This document shows positions 11,266 to 23,414 of a stretch of 64,000 nucleotides of DNA, piece by piece. Position numbers and translations under genes: made by a program. The stretch is from NCBI GenBank assembly GCA_963675755.2, contig CAXXMD010000003.1:288001-352000 (forward strand), in the 5' to 3' direction. Below the pieces are notes generated by a model that worked only from the letters and a program-made list of their open reading frames with translations, was not told the DNA's origin and made no database searches. Numbering within the stretch: position 1 is the first letter of the stretch; each line of letters starts with the position of its first letter. Source of the DNA: a bacterium (GTDB taxonomy: Bacteria > Zhuqueibacterota > Zhuqueibacteria > Residuimicrobiales > Krinioviventaceae).

Positions 11266-12204
11266 TTACTGAATCCGGCTTTCATAAAACTTGACACCTT
11301 CAGCCCTGATCATTTTTTCAACCAATTCCGCATAAGCCTGCTGATATTTTTGCTGATACAAGGCCTGCATTACCTGTTCTTTAACTTCATTCAGGGATTT
11401 TTGTTTTACAATATTTCCATCTGCATCTTTGTCTGCAAAATCGTCTTTATGTGCTTCATAATACAATTCAACATCATTGGCCTCAACATCCACTTTTTCA
11501 GCCACACGTTCCTGCAATAACTTGCGGACCATAATTGCTTTTTTAGCCTGAAATGCACTTTCAATAACTTCTGAGTCATTATCAAGGCCTGAACGTTTTG
11601 CTGTATCATACAACAACTCGGTTGCAACAAATTCACGCAAAAACTCTAATTTTTTGTCCTTGTTGGTAAACTGTTCACGAACCATTGGCGGTAACTGTGA
11701 CAGCTCAAAATCAAGATCGCCCTGGGTAACCTCACGGTTGCCCACGCGCGCCAGGACCTCACCGGGACGTTTTTTGCTTACTTTGGAAGGATCCAGTTGA
11801 ACAGCTTCATCAAGCACCTGCTGCGCATCTTCGGATCGCTCCAAACGTTCCAGACAGGCAATGATCTTTTTATTAACTTCCGGCATTAAACTTTCTTCAG
11901 GATACAAATGTTTGATTTCCAGATAATGAGCAAGTGCACTTTCATAATCTTTAATTCTTTCAAAGTAGGTATTGGCAATAATATAATTGACATTTGCCCG
12001 CTCACGTGTTGCTACCTTGTAATCATCCAGATACGTTTCATAAGCTTCAATCGCATCTTTGTACAGGGCTTTGTTGATCAAATCACCCGCGTACTCACGC
12101 ATTTTATCTGCACTGACTGCGGGTTTGTTACCCTGATTACACCCCACCAACATGACTGCTACTACCAAAAGCACCCCTGCTTTTTGAAAAAATTGCATCC
12201 TCAT
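11266..12204 (-). CDS. Lipoprotein with TPR region and SurA/PrsA N-terminal-like chaperone domain
   Basis: Lipobox LVGC, TPR-like helices, VLARVGNREVT...YYEAHKDDF; no clear rotamase catalytic domain. Confidence 0.6.
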   Translation of the reverse strand: MRMQFFQKAGVLLVVAVMLVGCNQGNKPAVSADKMREYAGDLINKALYKDAIEAYETYLDDYKVATRERANVNYIIANTYFERIKDYESALAHYLEIKHLYPEESLMPEVNKKIIACLERLERSEDAQQVLDEAVQLDPSKVSKKRPGEVLARVGNREVTQGDLDFELSQLPPMVREQFTNKDKKLEFLREFVATELLYDTAKRSGLDNDSEVIESAFQAKKAIMVRKLLQERVAEKVDVEANDVELYYEAHKDDFADKDADGNIVKQKSLNEVKEQVMQALYQQKYQQAYAELVEKMIRAEGVKFYESRIQ

Positions 12205-12214
12205 CTCCCGTTCA

Positions 12215-13093
12215 TTATCTAAATCTCTTTGCTCGCATTCTAAAAAACCGGATCAACGGCTCGAAATACGATTCATCTGTACGAATATCTATATGGTCTA
12301 CATTCAAAGACCTGAACAACTTTTCTCTGACTGTTTGATTCTCCTGTGTTTTACCGACAAACTCTTTTCTGACCGCAGGGTCAGAAGTGTCCAGCAAAAA
12401 GGTTTCACCCGTTTCTGCGTCTTCCAGCTCTATAAAACCGATGCTGGGCAAATCTACTTCACGGGGGTCCGTTACGGTTATGGCAACAATATCATGCCGT
12501 TTATTGGCTATCTGTAGTGGCTTGTCATAACCTGTGCTGATAAAGTCAGAAACCAAAAACACAACTGCACGGCGTTTTGTTACACGGCTCAAATATTCCA
12601 ACGCTGCGCCAATATTGGTTTTACGTCCCTGAGGTTTATGATAAAGCAACTCACGGACAACTCGCAACACATGCGATTTACCCTTTTTGGGTGCCACAAA
12701 CTTTTCAACCGTATCAGAAAAAATGATCAAACCCACTTTGTCATTATTCTTGATTGCCGAAAAAGCCAGCAAAGCACAAATCTCCGCGGCGATTTCACCT
12801 TTCATCTGTTCAAAGGTACCAAATTCTCCAGAAGAACTCACATCCACCAACAACATAACGGTCAGTTCGCGCTCTTCTTCAAACACCTTCACAAATGGGT
12901 GACCCTGGCGCGCAGTCACATTCCAGTCAATAGTACGGATATCATCCCCGATCTGGTATTCACGCACTTCGGCAAACTCCATTCCGCGTCCCTTGAACAC
13001 CGAATGATACTCGCCAGAAAACACATCATTAACCATACCACGTGTCTGGATCTCTATCCGTTTTACTTTTTTTAATATTTCCTTAGGTATCAC
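12215..13093 (-). CDS. DUF58 family protein (MoxR-associated)
   Basis: GEYHSVFKGRGMEFAEVREYQIGDDIRTIDWNVTAR. Confidence 0.92.
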   Translation of the reverse strand: MIPKEILKKVKRIEIQTRGMVNDVFSGEYHSVFKGRGMEFAEVREYQIGDDIRTIDWNVTARQGHPFVKVFEEERELTVMLLVDVSSSGEFGTFEQMKGEIAAEICALLAFSAIKNNDKVGLIIFSDTVEKFVAPKKGKSHVLRVVRELLYHKPQGRKTNIGAALEYLSRVTKRRAVVFLVSDFISTGYDKPLQIANKRHDIVAITVTDPREVDLPSIGFIELEDAETGETFLLDTSDPAVRKEFVGKTQENQTVREKLFRSLNVDHIDIRTDESYFEPLIRFFRMRAKRFR

Positions 13094-13112
13094 GATATCA
13101 TCTTAGTTTTAA

Positions 13113-14102
13113 TTAAGGAACTTCAATTTTGTTTAACACTTTACGAACGACATCTTCTGCTGTAATCTCTTCAGCTTCTGCCTCATAGGTCACAATTACA
13201 CGATGTCTGAGCACGTCTAAACCGATTGAGCGAACATCTTCGGGTGTTACATAACCACGGCGGCGCAAAAACGCATGTGCGCGCGCTGCCATGCTGAGAT
13301 TGATAGACGCACGGGGAGACGCTCCAAAAGAGATCAACTCGTCCAGTTCGTCCAGTCCATATTCCTTGGGTGTACGTGTTGCAAAAACAATATCTATAAT
13401 ATAATTTTCAATCTTGGGATCAATATACACCTCGTGTACAACCTCTTTTGCCCGAAGAATTTCTTCAGGAGTAACAACCGGCTTAACCGTAGGTATATCT
13501 TTACGGGTCATACGTCGCATAATTTCCAACTCTTCATCGCGATTTGGGTACCCGACTGAAAGTTTCAGCATAAAACGGTCAACCTGTGCTTCAGGCAAGG
13601 GGTAAGTTCCTTCCTGTTCAATGGGGTTTTGGGTTGCCAGTACCAGAAAAGGCGAAGGCAGCTTGAATGTTTCGTCACCCAAAGTTACCTGACGTTCCTG
13701 CATAGCTTCCAACAATGCGGATTGTACCTTTGCCGGAGAACGGTTGATTTCATCCGCAAGTACAAGGTTTGAAAAAATAGGACCTTTTTTGGTTTTAAAA
13801 TCACCGGATTTTTGATCGAGCAGCATGGTACCAACAATATCTGCCGGCAAGAGGTCCGGAGTAAACTGGATGCGCTGAAACTGGGTTTTAATTACCGATG
13901 ACAATGTTTTTACAGCCATGGTTTTCGCCAAACCCGGCACACCTTCCAAAAGAATGTGACCATCAGCTAATAGACCAACCAACAGTCTTTCAATCATGTA
14001 CTTTTGCCCGACAATCACATTGCCGACCTCGTTCATGATCTTTTCTACAAATTCACTTTCTTTTTGGATCTTTTCATTAATTGCTTGAATATCGAATTCC
14101 AT
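13113..14102 (-). CDS. moxR: MoxR family AAA+ ATPase
   Basis: LLEGVPGLAKT Walker A, RIQFTPDLLPAD, LADEINR, ATQNPIEQEGTYPLPEAQ. Confidence 0.95.
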   Translation of the reverse strand: MEFDIQAINEKIQKESEFVEKIMNEVGNVIVGQKYMIERLLVGLLADGHILLEGVPGLAKTMAVKTLSSVIKTQFQRIQFTPDLLPADIVGTMLLDQKSGDFKTKKGPIFSNLVLADEINRSPAKVQSALLEAMQERQVTLGDETFKLPSPFLVLATQNPIEQEGTYPLPEAQVDRFMLKLSVGYPNRDEELEIMRRMTRKDIPTVKPVVTPEEILRAKEVVHEVYIDPKIENYIIDIVFATRTPKEYGLDELDELISFGASPRASINLSMAARAHAFLRRRGYVTPEDVRSIGLDVLRHRVIVTYEAEAEEITAEDVVRKVLNKIEVP

Positions 14103-14134
14103 TTATCCTCCCAAAATCATTAACTCTCAGGGAT

Positions 14135-15103
14135 TTATTCATTTTCATTATTTTCATCGTGGATGGTTTCAATTTCACCACGTAAAGATTTATACAGATT
14201 GGTATCTAACAAACCGTACAAACGTTCCAACTCTTGTTTTGACGCCTGGTTCCCGGAAAATTTCAAAACATCCGCAGTAACCAGAATTTGCTCAATATCA
14301 TTGCAAAAACTCTGATCAATGTTAGAATTTTTGAGCTCTTTGATGATATCTTCTGTGGGCTTGCTGCCGACCATAATCTCAAATTTTTCATTCAGGAAGC
14401 GTTTCAAAATTTTCACAGTTAAATTGATACCATTCATCACATCCAGTGCAGGATCATTCAAATTAACAGCTGCTTTCAACTCTTCCAATAGCTTTTTTTC
14501 AACAGGACGGTTACGTTCGGCTTCTTCCTCTTTCAATGCCTGTTTTTCAGCTTTTCGTTTGCTCAAATTTATAACCAGATATACAGCCGCAATCACCAAA
14601 ACAATTCCTAGCGCAAGCCAGATCAACCATGTTTTGTCACCCGGTTCAGCAACAGGATCCGTCACCTTGATCTCTATACGGTTTGTGGTAAGCGTCAAAT
14701 CCGTATCCAGCTTTAAATCCGTATAGCGAATAATTACACTCTCTACATATCCCATTCCCAGGGATTGCGGTTTCAATGTAAAAGTGTATTCATGGGTGGC
14801 AAAACTTTTTCCCTGTTTTGTTGTTACCTTGTTAGCTGAAGAATTGGCAACAATCTCGAAATTATTTAAAATGGGATTATCAAAAGGAAATATCTCGTAT
14901 CTATCAAGATCGCCATACCATTCCAGGGTAAACACAACATCAACGGTTCTATTCATTGGAACATCAGACTGCTCAACTTTTGCCGAAAGTTTGATACCTG
15001 TATCGCCAATAGTATCTGTAGAATCTGTCTGCGCGTTTACAAAAGCAAACGCAGTAATAACAATCATGGCTGTTAAAACGAAAAACTGCCTCAACTTTGC
15101 CAT
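14135..15103 (-). CDS. BatD-like single-pass membrane protein
   Basis: Signal peptide, Ig-like domain, TM helix, D.LKFS motif; GGAG RBS before the ATG at 15103. Confidence 0.6.
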   Translation of the reverse strand: MAKLRQFFVLTAMIVITAFAFVNAQTDSTDTIGDTGIKLSAKVEQSDVPMNRTVDVVFTLEWYGDLDRYEIFPFDNPILNNFEIVANSSANKVTTKQGKSFATHEYTFTLKPQSLGMGYVESVIIRYTDLKLDTDLTLTTNRIEIKVTDPVAEPGDKTWLIWLALGIVLVIAAVYLVINLSKRKAEKQALKEEEAERNRPVEKKLLEELKAAVNLNDPALDVMNGINLTVKILKRFLNEKFEIMVGSKPTEDIIKELKNSNIDQSFCNDIEQILVTADVLKFSGNQASKQELERLYGLLDTNLYKSLRGEIETIHDENNENE

Positions 15104-15137
15104 TTTAAACTCCAAGTTATCAATTGAAAATTGCCAC

Positions 15138-15181
15138 AAAAAAGCCGATGATGGGCAATTGAAAGCCCCAAAAATCGGCGG
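15138..15181 (-). terminator. Putative intrinsic terminator
   Basis: GCCGAT...ATCGGC stem with inner GGGC/GCCC, followed by a T-run on the minus strand. Confidence 0.45.
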
Positions 15182-15237
15182 TTGATTTGAATTACAGAAT
15201 ATGCGTTAATCCCCCTTAACGCAAGAAACATATAAAC

Positions 15238-15732
15238 TTATTGGCCGCTGCTTCCCAACTGAAGTTCAATATCGCTAATATCTTCACCCAGATGGTTCAA
15301 TTCCCATCTAACAGAAGAAGTCAATTCATGTTCAGGGAATTTATCCAAAAATGCCTGGTATGCCTCTTTGGCTTTATCAAGATCTTTAACGTCATTTGCA
15401 TAACGGTAACCAATCATAAAATAAGCCTGAACCACCAGGTTACTTTCCGGATAGTTTTCGATCAATCTATAATAGGTATCAATGGACTTTTGAAAATCAC
15501 CAAAGCTGCTCGCGTACAAGCCTGCCAACTGGTAAAGATTTTCATCTGCTTTTGCGGATTCAGGAAAACGGTCAATCAACTGTTCGTAAACTTTGACAAC
15601 CTCTTCCCATTGCTCTTTATTTTCATAATCGAGGGCTTTGGCCCGTAATTGTTCTTCAGTCAATTTTTGACCACAACCGATTAAAAGACCAACCATCAGA
15701 AACGCAAAAAACAAACCGAACCAACGTTTCAT
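15238..15732 (-). CDS. TPR lipoprotein (BamD/CpoB-like)
   Basis: Lipobox LIGC, repeated ..FP.S TPR motifs; AGGAGG RBS. Confidence 0.7.
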   Translation of the reverse strand: MKRWFGLFFAFLMVGLLIGCGQKLTEEQLRAKALDYENKEQWEEVVKVYEQLIDRFPESAKADENLYQLAGLYASSFGDFQKSIDTYYRLIENYPESNLVVQAYFMIGYRYANDVKDLDKAKEAYQAFLDKFPEHELTSSVRWELNHLGEDISDIELQLGSSGQ

Positions 15733-15813
15733 CAACAAACCTCCTGAATTTTTGATATATTCAACTAGATAATCCCTAAAGAGTTCCATAAGAAAAAAAA
15801 TGTATCCTTTTTT

Positions 15814-18417
15814 TTATACAAAATCAAGGGAATTCTCCTTTAAAACAACTTGTATCGTATCTCCTGCATGGAACTTGCCCTCTATCAAGCGGGTAGCCAG
15901 CGGATTTACGATTGCCTTTTGTACCAGACGTTTTAATGGACGCGCACCAAACGCAGGATCATAGCCATGCTCTGCCAGAAAGGATTCCGCTTCTTCGGTC
16001 AGACTTAGGTTCAAATTCTGTGACTTGAGCATTTTTTGTACCTGCTTGATTTGCATACGAATAATCTGGCGTATATGATCACGACTCAGTGTATGAAAAA
16101 CAATCACATCATCAATACGGTTCAAAAACTCGGGACGGAGTTGTTGTTTCAACAGTCCTTCAATCTTTTGCGATATTTCTTCATGTATGCGATCTTTGTT
16201 TTCTTCGGTAATCTGCGATGACATTTCCATCAAATATTGAGCACCAATATTAGACGTCATAATGATTATGGCGTTCTTGAAACTAACCGTACGGCCCTTG
16301 TTATCCGTCAATCGACCATCATCAAGTACCTGCAATAACACATTAAACACTTCCGGGTGCGCTTTTTCGATTTCGTCAAGAAGCACAACAGAATAGGGTC
16401 GCCTTCTGATCGCCTCGGTCAACTGTCCGCCTTCATCAAAACCCACATATCCCGGTGGGGCACCAATCAATCGCGAAACCGCGTGGCGCTCCATATATTC
16501 AGACATGTCAATTCGCACCATAGCCTGTTCATCATCAAACAGAAACTCGGCTAACGCGCGCGCAAGTTCAGTCTTGCCCACACCTGTAGATCCTAGAAAG
16601 ATAAAAGAACCAATGGGCCGAGCCTGGTCCTGCAAGCCCGCTCGAGACCTGCGGATTGCATCGGCTACAGCCTTGACCGCGTCTTCCTGATTTACCAAAC
16701 GCTGATGAATACGGTCTTCCATCTTTAACAATTTTTCTTTTTCACTTTCAAGCATGCGGCTTATGGGTATACCAGTCCATCTGCCTACAATTTCTGCAAC
16801 ATCCTGCTCATCTACTTCTTCTTTCAGCATCTGCCGATTTTCCTGCAAACGAATCAGCTTGGAGTTTGCCTGAGACAGCCGATCTTCCAACTCACGGGTT
16901 TTGCCATATTTCAATTCCGCGGCCAGGGTCAGATTCCCTTCACGCTCTGCACGTACCGATTCAGCGCGTGTCTGCTCAATTTTTTCTTTAAGCGCACGGA
17001 TGTCAGAAATCACTGCTTTTTCCTGCATCCAGTGTGTCCGCAGGTCACCTCTTTCAATATCCAGTTTCTCTATTTCTTCAGAAACGCTGGCCAGTCGTTT
17101 TTTCGAAGCATCATCTTTTTCTTTTTTAAGCGCTTCCCGCTCTATTTCCAATTGTTTTAATTTACGCTCAATTTTCTCCAGTTCTTCGGGCATACTGTCG
17201 ATTTCAATACGCAATTTCGACGCAGCTTCATCAATCAGATCAATAGCCTTGTCCGGCAAAAAACGATCTGCAATATAACGATCAGACATGGTTGCCGCCG
17301 CTATCAAGGCACCATCCTGAATTCGTACACCATGATGGACTTCGTATTTTTCTTTCAAGCCACGTAAAATAGAGATGGTATCTTCAACAGAGGGTTGATC
17401 AACCAGTACCTGTTGAAAACGGCGTTCAAGTGCTGCATCTTTTTCAATATATTTTCGGTATTCATCCAAAGTTGTGGCACCAATACAGCGCAGCTCTCCA
17501 CGCGCCAAAGCAGGTTTCAACATGTTTGATGCATCCATAGCACCCTCGGCAGCTCCCGCGCCAACCAGTGTATGCAGCTCGTCAATAAAGAGAATAATCT
17601 CTCCATCCGCCTCACCAATCTCTTTTAACACCGCTTTGAGGCGTTCTTCAAATTCTCCACGAAACTTGGCACCGGCAATAAGCGATCCCAAATCCAGCGC
17701 TACAATACGTTTGGTTTTCAAATTTTCGGGCACATCACCGTCAATAATCCGCTTAGCAATGCCTTCTGCAATAGCAGTTTTACCAACGCCCGGTTCACCA
17801 ATCAACACCGGGTTATTTTTGGTGCGGCGGGACAATACCTGCAACACCCTGCGCACTTCATCATCCCGGCCAATTACAGGGTCCAGCTTGTCCCTGCGTG
17901 CAAGATCATTCAAATCTTTGGTATACCGTTTCAAGGCCTGGTATTTTTCTTCAGGATTTTGATCGGTAACACGCTGTGATCCTCTTACCTCTTTTAAAAC
18001 CTTGAGTACCACATCACGTGTAATACCGGACTTGCGCAATATATCTCCTGCTGTAGATTTATCTTCAGCAAGGGCTAAAACAATATGTTCAATGCTAACA
18101 AATTCATCACGCAAGGTATTGGCTTCTTTCAAAGCCGTATCAAACAGAACATTTGCAGCCGAAGACAGGTAAAGTTGTCCTATACCTCCACTCACTTTTG
18201 GAAGTCTGGAAATTTCCTGCTCAACGCGTGATAAAACCATACCCGGCTCAATACCGGCTTTACTGAATATATTACGGGAAATACTTTCTTCCGGTTCTAA
18301 AATACCGGTCAGAATATGCAACGGCTCAATTTGTTGATGCCCATTGTCCGAAGCCTTTTGTTGCGCTTTGCCCAGCGCTTCTTGCGCTTTTATTGTCAAT
18401 TTTTCAAACGATAACAT
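15814..18417 (-). CDS. clpB: ATP-dependent chaperone ClpB
   Basis: Two AAA modules ([16 protein letters not shown]), coiled-coil M domain, GARPLKR. Confidence 0.97.
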   Translation of the reverse strand: MLSFEKLTIKAQEALGKAQQKASDNGHQQIEPLHILTGILEPEESISRNIFSKAGIEPGMVLSRVEQEISRLPKVSGGIGQLYLSSAANVLFDTALKEANTLRDEFVSIEHIVLALAEDKSTAGDILRKSGITRDVVLKVLKEVRGSQRVTDQNPEEKYQALKRYTKDLNDLARRDKLDPVIGRDDEVRRVLQVLSRRTKNNPVLIGEPGVGKTAIAEGIAKRIIDGDVPENLKTKRIVALDLGSLIAGAKFRGEFEERLKAVLKEIGEADGEIILFIDELHTLVGAGAAEGAMDASNMLKPALARGELRCIGATTLDEYRKYIEKDAALERRFQQVLVDQPSVEDTISILRGLKEKYEVHHGVRIQDGALIAAATMSDRYIADRFLPDKAIDLIDEAASKLRIEIDSMPEELEKIERKLKQLEIEREALKKEKDDASKKRLASVSEEIEKLDIERGDLRTHWMQEKAVISDIRALKEKIEQTRAESVRAEREGNLTLAAELKYGKTRELEDRLSQANSKLIRLQENRQMLKEEVDEQDVAEIVGRWTGIPISRMLESEKEKLLKMEDRIHQRLVNQEDAVKAVADAIRRSRAGLQDQARPIGSFIFLGSTGVGKTELARALAEFLFDDEQAMVRIDMSEYMERHAVSRLIGAPPGYVGFDEGGQLTEAIRRRPYSVVLLDEIEKAHPEVFNVLLQVLDDGRLTDNKGRTVSFKNAIIIMTSNIGAQYLMEMSSQITEENKDRIHEEISQKIEGLLKQQLRPEFLNRIDDVIVFHTLSRDHIRQIIRMQIKQVQKMLKSQNLNLSLTEEAESFLAEHGYDPAFGARPLKRLVQKAIVNPLATRLIEGKFHAGDTIQVVLKENSLDFV

Positions 18418-18434
18418 GTACAACACCCCTTTTC

Positions 18435-18470
18435 AAAAAAGGCGGGAAATTTAAAAAAACTCCCCGCCCT
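18435..18470 (-). terminator. Intrinsic terminator after dnaK
   Basis: Minus strand GGCGGG...CCCGCC followed by TTTTTT. Confidence 0.6.
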
Positions 18471-18498
18471 TATATCTATTACTTTTGGTCAATTTCCA

Positions 18499-20418
18499 TT
18501 ATTTCTTATCGTCATCAACCACTTCAAAATCTGCTTCTTCAGCATCATCTTCCTGACCACCCTGGGCATCTGCCTGAGCATCTGCTCCCGGTTGCGGGCC
18601 GCCCTGTGCTTCCTGGCCGCCTGCAGCTTCATACATCTTTGATGCTGCATCGCTCCACAATTTGCTAAGGGCTTCAACAGAAGATTTAATCTCGTCAAGA
18701 TTGTCTGTCTTGATCGCTTCTTTAACACGGCCTACAGCCGCTTCAAGACTACTGATCATATCGCTTGCAATCTTGTCTTTATTTTCATTCATATGCTTTT
18801 CAGTCTGATAAACCAGTTGATCAGCCTGATTGCGAGCATCAATCAACTCGCGACGTTTTTTATCATCAGCCGCATGATCTTTGGCATCATCAACCATTTT
18901 GTCGATTTCTTCTTTTGACAATCCGGTTGAAGCTTCAATGCGGATCGATTGTTCTTTATTGGTTGCTTTATCTTTTGCAGACACATTCAGAATACCGTTT
19001 GCATCAATATCAAAAGTTACTTCAACCTGTGGGATACCACGCGGGGCCGGTGGAATTCCATCGAGATGGAAACGACCCAATGTACGGTTATCTACCGCCA
19101 TCTCACGTTCACCCTGCAATACATGAATCTCTACAGAAGTCTGACTATCTGCAGCTGTAGAAAAAACTTCTGACTTGCGTGTAGGAATGGTTGTATTTTT
19201 TTCAATCAACTTTGTTGCCACACCACCCAGGGTTTCAATACCCAAAGAAAGCGGGGTAACATCCAACAGCAATACATCAGAAACATCACCGGCTAAAACA
19301 CCACCCTGAATTGCTGCACCAATTGCAACTACTTCGTCCGGGTTTACACCGCGGTGAGGTTCTTTGCCAAACAGCTCTTTAACCATTTCCTGTACCTTGG
19401 GCATACGGGTAGAACCACCCACAAGTACCACTTCATCAATTTCACTCTTGCTCATGCCAGCATCTTTGACTGCCATTTCACAAGGATTTACCAGGCGCTG
19501 GAACAAATCGTCACACAATTGTTCATATTTAGCACGGGTCAGGTTCATATTTAAATGTTTTGGGCCCGTATCGGTCGCCGTAATAAATGGCAGATTGATT
19601 TCAGTCTGCGCTGTAGAAGAAAGTTCACACTTGGCTTTTTCTGCCGCTTCTTTTAAACGCTGCAAAGCCATAGGATCTTTACTCAGATCCACACCTTCTG
19701 CCTTTAAAAACTCATCAACCAGCCAGTCAATTACACGCTGATCAAAATCATCACCACCCAGGTGAGTATCACCATTGGTGGATTTTACTTCAAATACACC
19801 GTCACCAATTTCTAATATAGAAATATCAAAAGTACCACCACCAAGGTCAAATACGGCAATTTTCTCATTGCTCTTTTTATCCAAACCATAGGCCAATGCT
19901 GCGGCAGTGGGCTCGTTGATAATACGTTTCACTTTCAAGCCGGCAATTTCTCCAGCTTCTTTTGTAGCTTGACGTTGACCGTCATTAAAATATGCAGGTA
20001 CGGTAATAACCGCTTCAGAGATTTTTTCTCCCAAATAATCTTCAGCAGTTTGTTTCATTTTCTGCAATACCATTGCTGAAATTTCCTGCGGAGAATATTC
20101 TTTATCGTCTATTTGAACTTTTGCAACATCGTTTTGGCCCTTAACAACCTTGTAAGGCACTTCACCAATTTCAGTTTTTACCTCGTTAAAACGACGTCCC
20201 ATAAAACGTTTAATCGAATAAATAGTCTTGTCCGGATTGGTAATAGCCTGGCGCTTTGCCACTTGACCTACCAGCCGTTCACCTGTCTTGCTAAACGCAA
20301 CCACTGATGGAGTAGTACGCGCGCCTTCAGAATTTTGTACTACAGTCGGCTCGCCACCTTCCATTACCGCCACACAAGAGTTTGTGGTTCCAAGATCGAT
20401 TCCAATAATTTTACCCAT
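18499..20418 (-). CDS. dnaK: Chaperone DnaK (Hsp70)
   Basis: [34 protein letters not shown]. Confidence 0.98.
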   Translation of the reverse strand: MGKIIGIDLGTTNSCVAVMEGGEPTVVQNSEGARTTPSVVAFSKTGERLVGQVAKRQAITNPDKTIYSIKRFMGRRFNEVKTEIGEVPYKVVKGQNDVAKVQIDDKEYSPQEISAMVLQKMKQTAEDYLGEKISEAVITVPAYFNDGQRQATKEAGEIAGLKVKRIINEPTAAALAYGLDKKSNEKIAVFDLGGGTFDISILEIGDGVFEVKSTNGDTHLGGDDFDQRVIDWLVDEFLKAEGVDLSKDPMALQRLKEAAEKAKCELSSTAQTEINLPFITATDTGPKHLNMNLTRAKYEQLCDDLFQRLVNPCEMAVKDAGMSKSEIDEVVLVGGSTRMPKVQEMVKELFGKEPHRGVNPDEVVAIGAAIQGGVLAGDVSDVLLLDVTPLSLGIETLGGVATKLIEKNTTIPTRKSEVFSTAADSQTSVEIHVLQGEREMAVDNRTLGRFHLDGIPPAPRGIPQVEVTFDIDANGILNVSAKDKATNKEQSIRIEASTGLSKEEIDKMVDDAKDHAADDKKRRELIDARNQADQLVYQTEKHMNENKDKIASDMISSLEAAVGRVKEAIKTDNLDEIKSSVEALSKLWSDAASKMYEAAGGQEAQGGPQPGADAQADAQGGQEDDAEEADFEVVDDDKK

Positions 20419-20480
20419 CAAAAAAACTCCTTTAAAATTTATATTCATTCATAAAAATTCATTTTCATTATTATGCTTTT

Positions 20481-20496
20481 TGCAACTTGCATGCCA
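20481..20496 (-). promoter_or_regulatory. Sigma54 (-24/-12) promoter of dnaK
   Basis: Minus strand TGGCAT-GCAAG-TTGCA with exact GG-N10-GC spacing. Confidence 0.75.
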
Positions 20497-20591
20497 TGAA
20501 ACAAAAACAAGCACAACCCATACAAAAACAGGTACTTGCAGCAATTACAAGCACCTGTTAAAATTCCATTCACCATTTTATTGACACACTA

Positions 20592-20615
20592 AATTATGTC
20601 AATTTGGCAGATATT
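20592..20615. promoter_or_regulatory. Putative enhancer (bEBP site) upstream of dnaK
   Basis: AATTATGTCAATTTGGCAGATATT; 22/24 identical to the reverse complement of 24104-24127. Confidence 0.6.
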
Positions 20616-20640
20616 GCGTCAACTCGTCAAACCTCAAGTA

Positions 20641-20862
20641 TCACGCAGCTGCCTTGTCAGATTTTGATTTTTTTGACTTTTTATCTTTATAATCTGTAAT
20701 ATAAAATCCGGATCCCTTGAATATCAATCCGGTACCACCACTGATTAACCGCTCTACTTTGCCGCCACAGTGGGGACATGCAGCCAGAGGCTTTTCAGAG
20801 ATACTCTGAAAAGCCTCAAAATTTTTACCACATGATTTACATTTATAATCATAGGTTGGCAT
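20641..20862 (-). CDS. FmdB family zinc-ribbon protein
   Basis: MPTYDYKCKSCG...CPHCGG...FKGSGFYITDY. Confidence 0.9.
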   Translation of the reverse strand: MPTYDYKCKSCGKNFEAFQSISEKPLAACPHCGGKVERLISGGTGLIFKGSGFYITDYKDKKSKKSKSDKAAA

Positions 20863-20877
20863 AGAAATCTTGCTCCC

Positions 20878-22392
20878 TTATTCTTTATCCTTTTCAGGAA
20901 CTCGTAGTGCTTCAAAAAAGCTGGTATCACCGCTCTTCATTCTAAACAAGACAATATCACCGGGTTCAAGGCCTTTGAGCTGCTTGTTAAAATCACCAAC
21001 ATCTTTAACCGTTACGCGATTTACAGCCAGAATCAAAAATCCGGGACGTATACCTTTTTTAGAAGCTTCAGAACCAGATTCAACGTCTACTACCAATACA
21101 CCCTGATCATCTTCTGTCAGGCGATATCTGTTACGCAATTCCGGAGTCAGATTCTGAACTTCAATTCCCAAATGAGTTTCTATCTCTTCATTTGCTTTTT
21201 GGCTGCTGCTGCCACCACTTGCAAGCTTGTCAAGATCGCGTTCACCCAATGTTACGGTGATATCTTTCATTTTATTGTCGCGCCAAACTTTTAATTTCAC
21301 TTTTTCATCCGGCATTTTCGAACCAATAATCATAGTCAAATGATCGCTGCTGGTAATATCTTTATCATCCACTTTGAGAATAATATCACCGTCTTTGAGT
21401 CCGGCTTTTTCAGCAGGACTGCCATCGACAACATCAGACACCAAAGCACCGTTAGTAGACTCGAGACCAAAGCCCATTGCAAGATCTTCATCTACATTGG
21501 CGATTAGAACACCCAGCCAACCACGAACAACTTTGCCTTCGTTGATCAACTGTTCCATTACATTGCGTGCCAGATTGATAGGTATGGCGAAACCAATACC
21601 AATGTTGGCCTGACCCACAATAGCAGTATTGATACCCACCAGCTCACCACGCAGATTCACCAATGGACCACCACTGTTACCGGGGTTAATTGCGGCATCG
21701 GTTTGAATAAAATCTTCATACGTAATACCGGAACCACGCATCAGGCTTTTACGACCTTTGGCGCTTACAATACCGGCGGTTACGGTTTTATTCAAATCAG
21801 ATGAGAACGGGTTTCCAATAGCCATTACCCATTCACCAACTTCCAGACTCTCAGAGTCACCCAATTTGACTGGAACCAAACCCTCTTTATCAATCTTGAC
21901 CACTGCCAGATCGCTCTCAGGATCACGTCCAACAATCTCTGCGTCATATTCTTTACCGTCAACAGTAACAGAAATTTCATCTGCATCTGCAACAACATGA
22001 TTGTTGGTCAAAATATAACCGTCAGCGTTAACAACTACACCAGAGCCAAGACCACGTCTTACCTGATCCTGTTGTTCCGGCATGCGGAAAAAGTAACGGA
22101 AAAACTCGTCATCACCAAATGGATTTTGACGGGCCTTAACAACTACTTCGCTGTTGATTGTAACAACGGAAGGACTTACTTCTTTGGATACAGCAACAAA
22201 AGCCTTGCTGAGATTTTCAAGTCCTGCCAATTCTTGTGAAACCGGTTGGGTTGATCCCAACACAACGGTTTCAGCATTATATGCAGCAATGCTTTTATTT
22301 GAAATATCCAAATTGGATGAAATAACCAAACCGGTCACAATACCTACAAACACAGCTAAAATAACCAAAAGTGACACTTTACCAGATTTCAT
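20878..22392 (-). CDS. degP: HtrA/DegP (Do family) serine endoprotease with two PDZ domains
   Basis: TNNHVV, DPESDLAV, QTDAAINPGNSGGPL, two PDZ domains. Confidence 0.92.
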   Translation of the reverse strand: MKSGKVSLLVILAVFVGIVTGLVISSNLDISNKSIAAYNAETVVLGSTQPVSQELAGLENLSKAFVAVSKEVSPSVVTINSEVVVKARQNPFGDDEFFRYFFRMPEQQDQVRRGLGSGVVVNADGYILTNNHVVADADEISVTVDGKEYDAEIVGRDPESDLAVVKIDKEGLVPVKLGDSESLEVGEWVMAIGNPFSSDLNKTVTAGIVSAKGRKSLMRGSGITYEDFIQTDAAINPGNSGGPLVNLRGELVGINTAIVGQANIGIGFAIPINLARNVMEQLINEGKVVRGWLGVLIANVDEDLAMGFGLESTNGALVSDVVDGSPAEKAGLKDGDIILKVDDKDITSSDHLTMIIGSKMPDEKVKLKVWRDNKMKDITVTLGERDLDKLASGGSSSQKANEEIETHLGIEVQNLTPELRNRYRLTEDDQGVLVVDVESGSEASKKGIRPGFLILAVNRVTVKDVGDFNKQLKGLEPGDIVLFRMKSGDTSFFEALRVPEKDKE

Positions 22393-22487
22393 AATAACTT
22401 CCTTTCGTTTGTTCTCCAGTATCTTTTGTTATTTTTTAAACATCATGTTTATTAACATGTTCCAAAATTAAATTACATAAATACATT

Positions 22488-23414
22488 TCAATAGGGCAAA
22501 CCTTCTTCTTTGGCAAATTGTTCCAACAATTGTTTTCCTTTTTTGCCCAAAGACTTGGGAGCCTCAATAACCAACTCTACAATATGGTCACCACTTTTAC
22601 CATTAGCCTTAACTCCCATACCCGTAAGTTTTAACTTTTTACCACTCTTTGATCCGGCAGGGATTTTGAGTTCAACGGTATTCCCTTCAAAAGTCGTTAC
22701 CCGAACTTTGGAACCCAAAGCAGCCTGTACAATATTTATTACTGCGTTACTATACAAATCCAACCCGGTTCTTTTGAACACAGGATGCTCTGCAACATGC
22801 AGAGTTATAAATAAATTGCCTGCAGGGCCGCCATTTGGAGAGGCTTCGCCCTGGCCGGTGAGACGCATGGTCTTTCCATCTTCTGTTCCGGGCGGAATAT
22901 TGATAGACAATTTTTGACTTTTGCCTCCCCTGTTCAAAGAAACCATATGCTTGCCGCCACGAACCGCCAAATCAAAGGGGATTGTAACTTCGGCTTTAAT
23001 GTCTTGTCCAGGTGTGGTATGCCTGCGGGCTCCGCCACGAGAAGTCGAACTGCCGCCAAACAAATCGCTGAACAAATCACCAAAATCAGATCCAGCACTA
23101 CGTCGACTACTTTTACCTCCTCCAAATATAGAGCTCAAATCGTCGAAATTCATCCCGGAGAATCCGCCATACCCACCTTGTCCACCAAAACCACCAGCGC
23201 CAAACTTTCGCATTTGATCGTATTTCTGGCGCTTTTCCTTATTTCCTATAACAGCATAAGCCTCAGAGATTTCCTTAAACTTTTCATCATTCCGCTTATC
23301 ATTTGGATGTTTATCAGGATGGTGTTTTTTTGCAAGATCTCTGTATGCTTTTTTTATATCACTATCAGAGGCGCTTTCAGACACACCCAGTATTTTATAA
23401 AAATCCTTATTCAT
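22488..23414 (-). CDS. dnaJ: DnaJ-family co-chaperone, class II/CbpA-like (no zinc finger)
   Basis: J domain with HPD, G/F-rich linker, DnaJ_C; lacks CxxCxGxG repeats. Confidence 0.88.
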   Translation of the reverse strand: MNKDFYKILGVSESASDSDIKKAYRDLAKKHHPDKHPNDKRNDEKFKEISEAYAVIGNKEKRQKYDQMRKFGAGGFGGQGGYGGFSGMNFDDLSSIFGGGKSSRRSAGSDFGDLFSDLFGGSSTSRGGARRHTTPGQDIKAEVTIPFDLAVRGGKHMVSLNRGGKSQKLSINIPPGTEDGKTMRLTGQGEASPNGGPAGNLFITLHVAEHPVFKRTGLDLYSNAVINIVQAALGSKVRVTTFEGNTVELKIPAGSKSGKKLKLTGMGVKANGKSGDHIVELVIEAPKSLGKKGKQLLEQFAKEEGLPY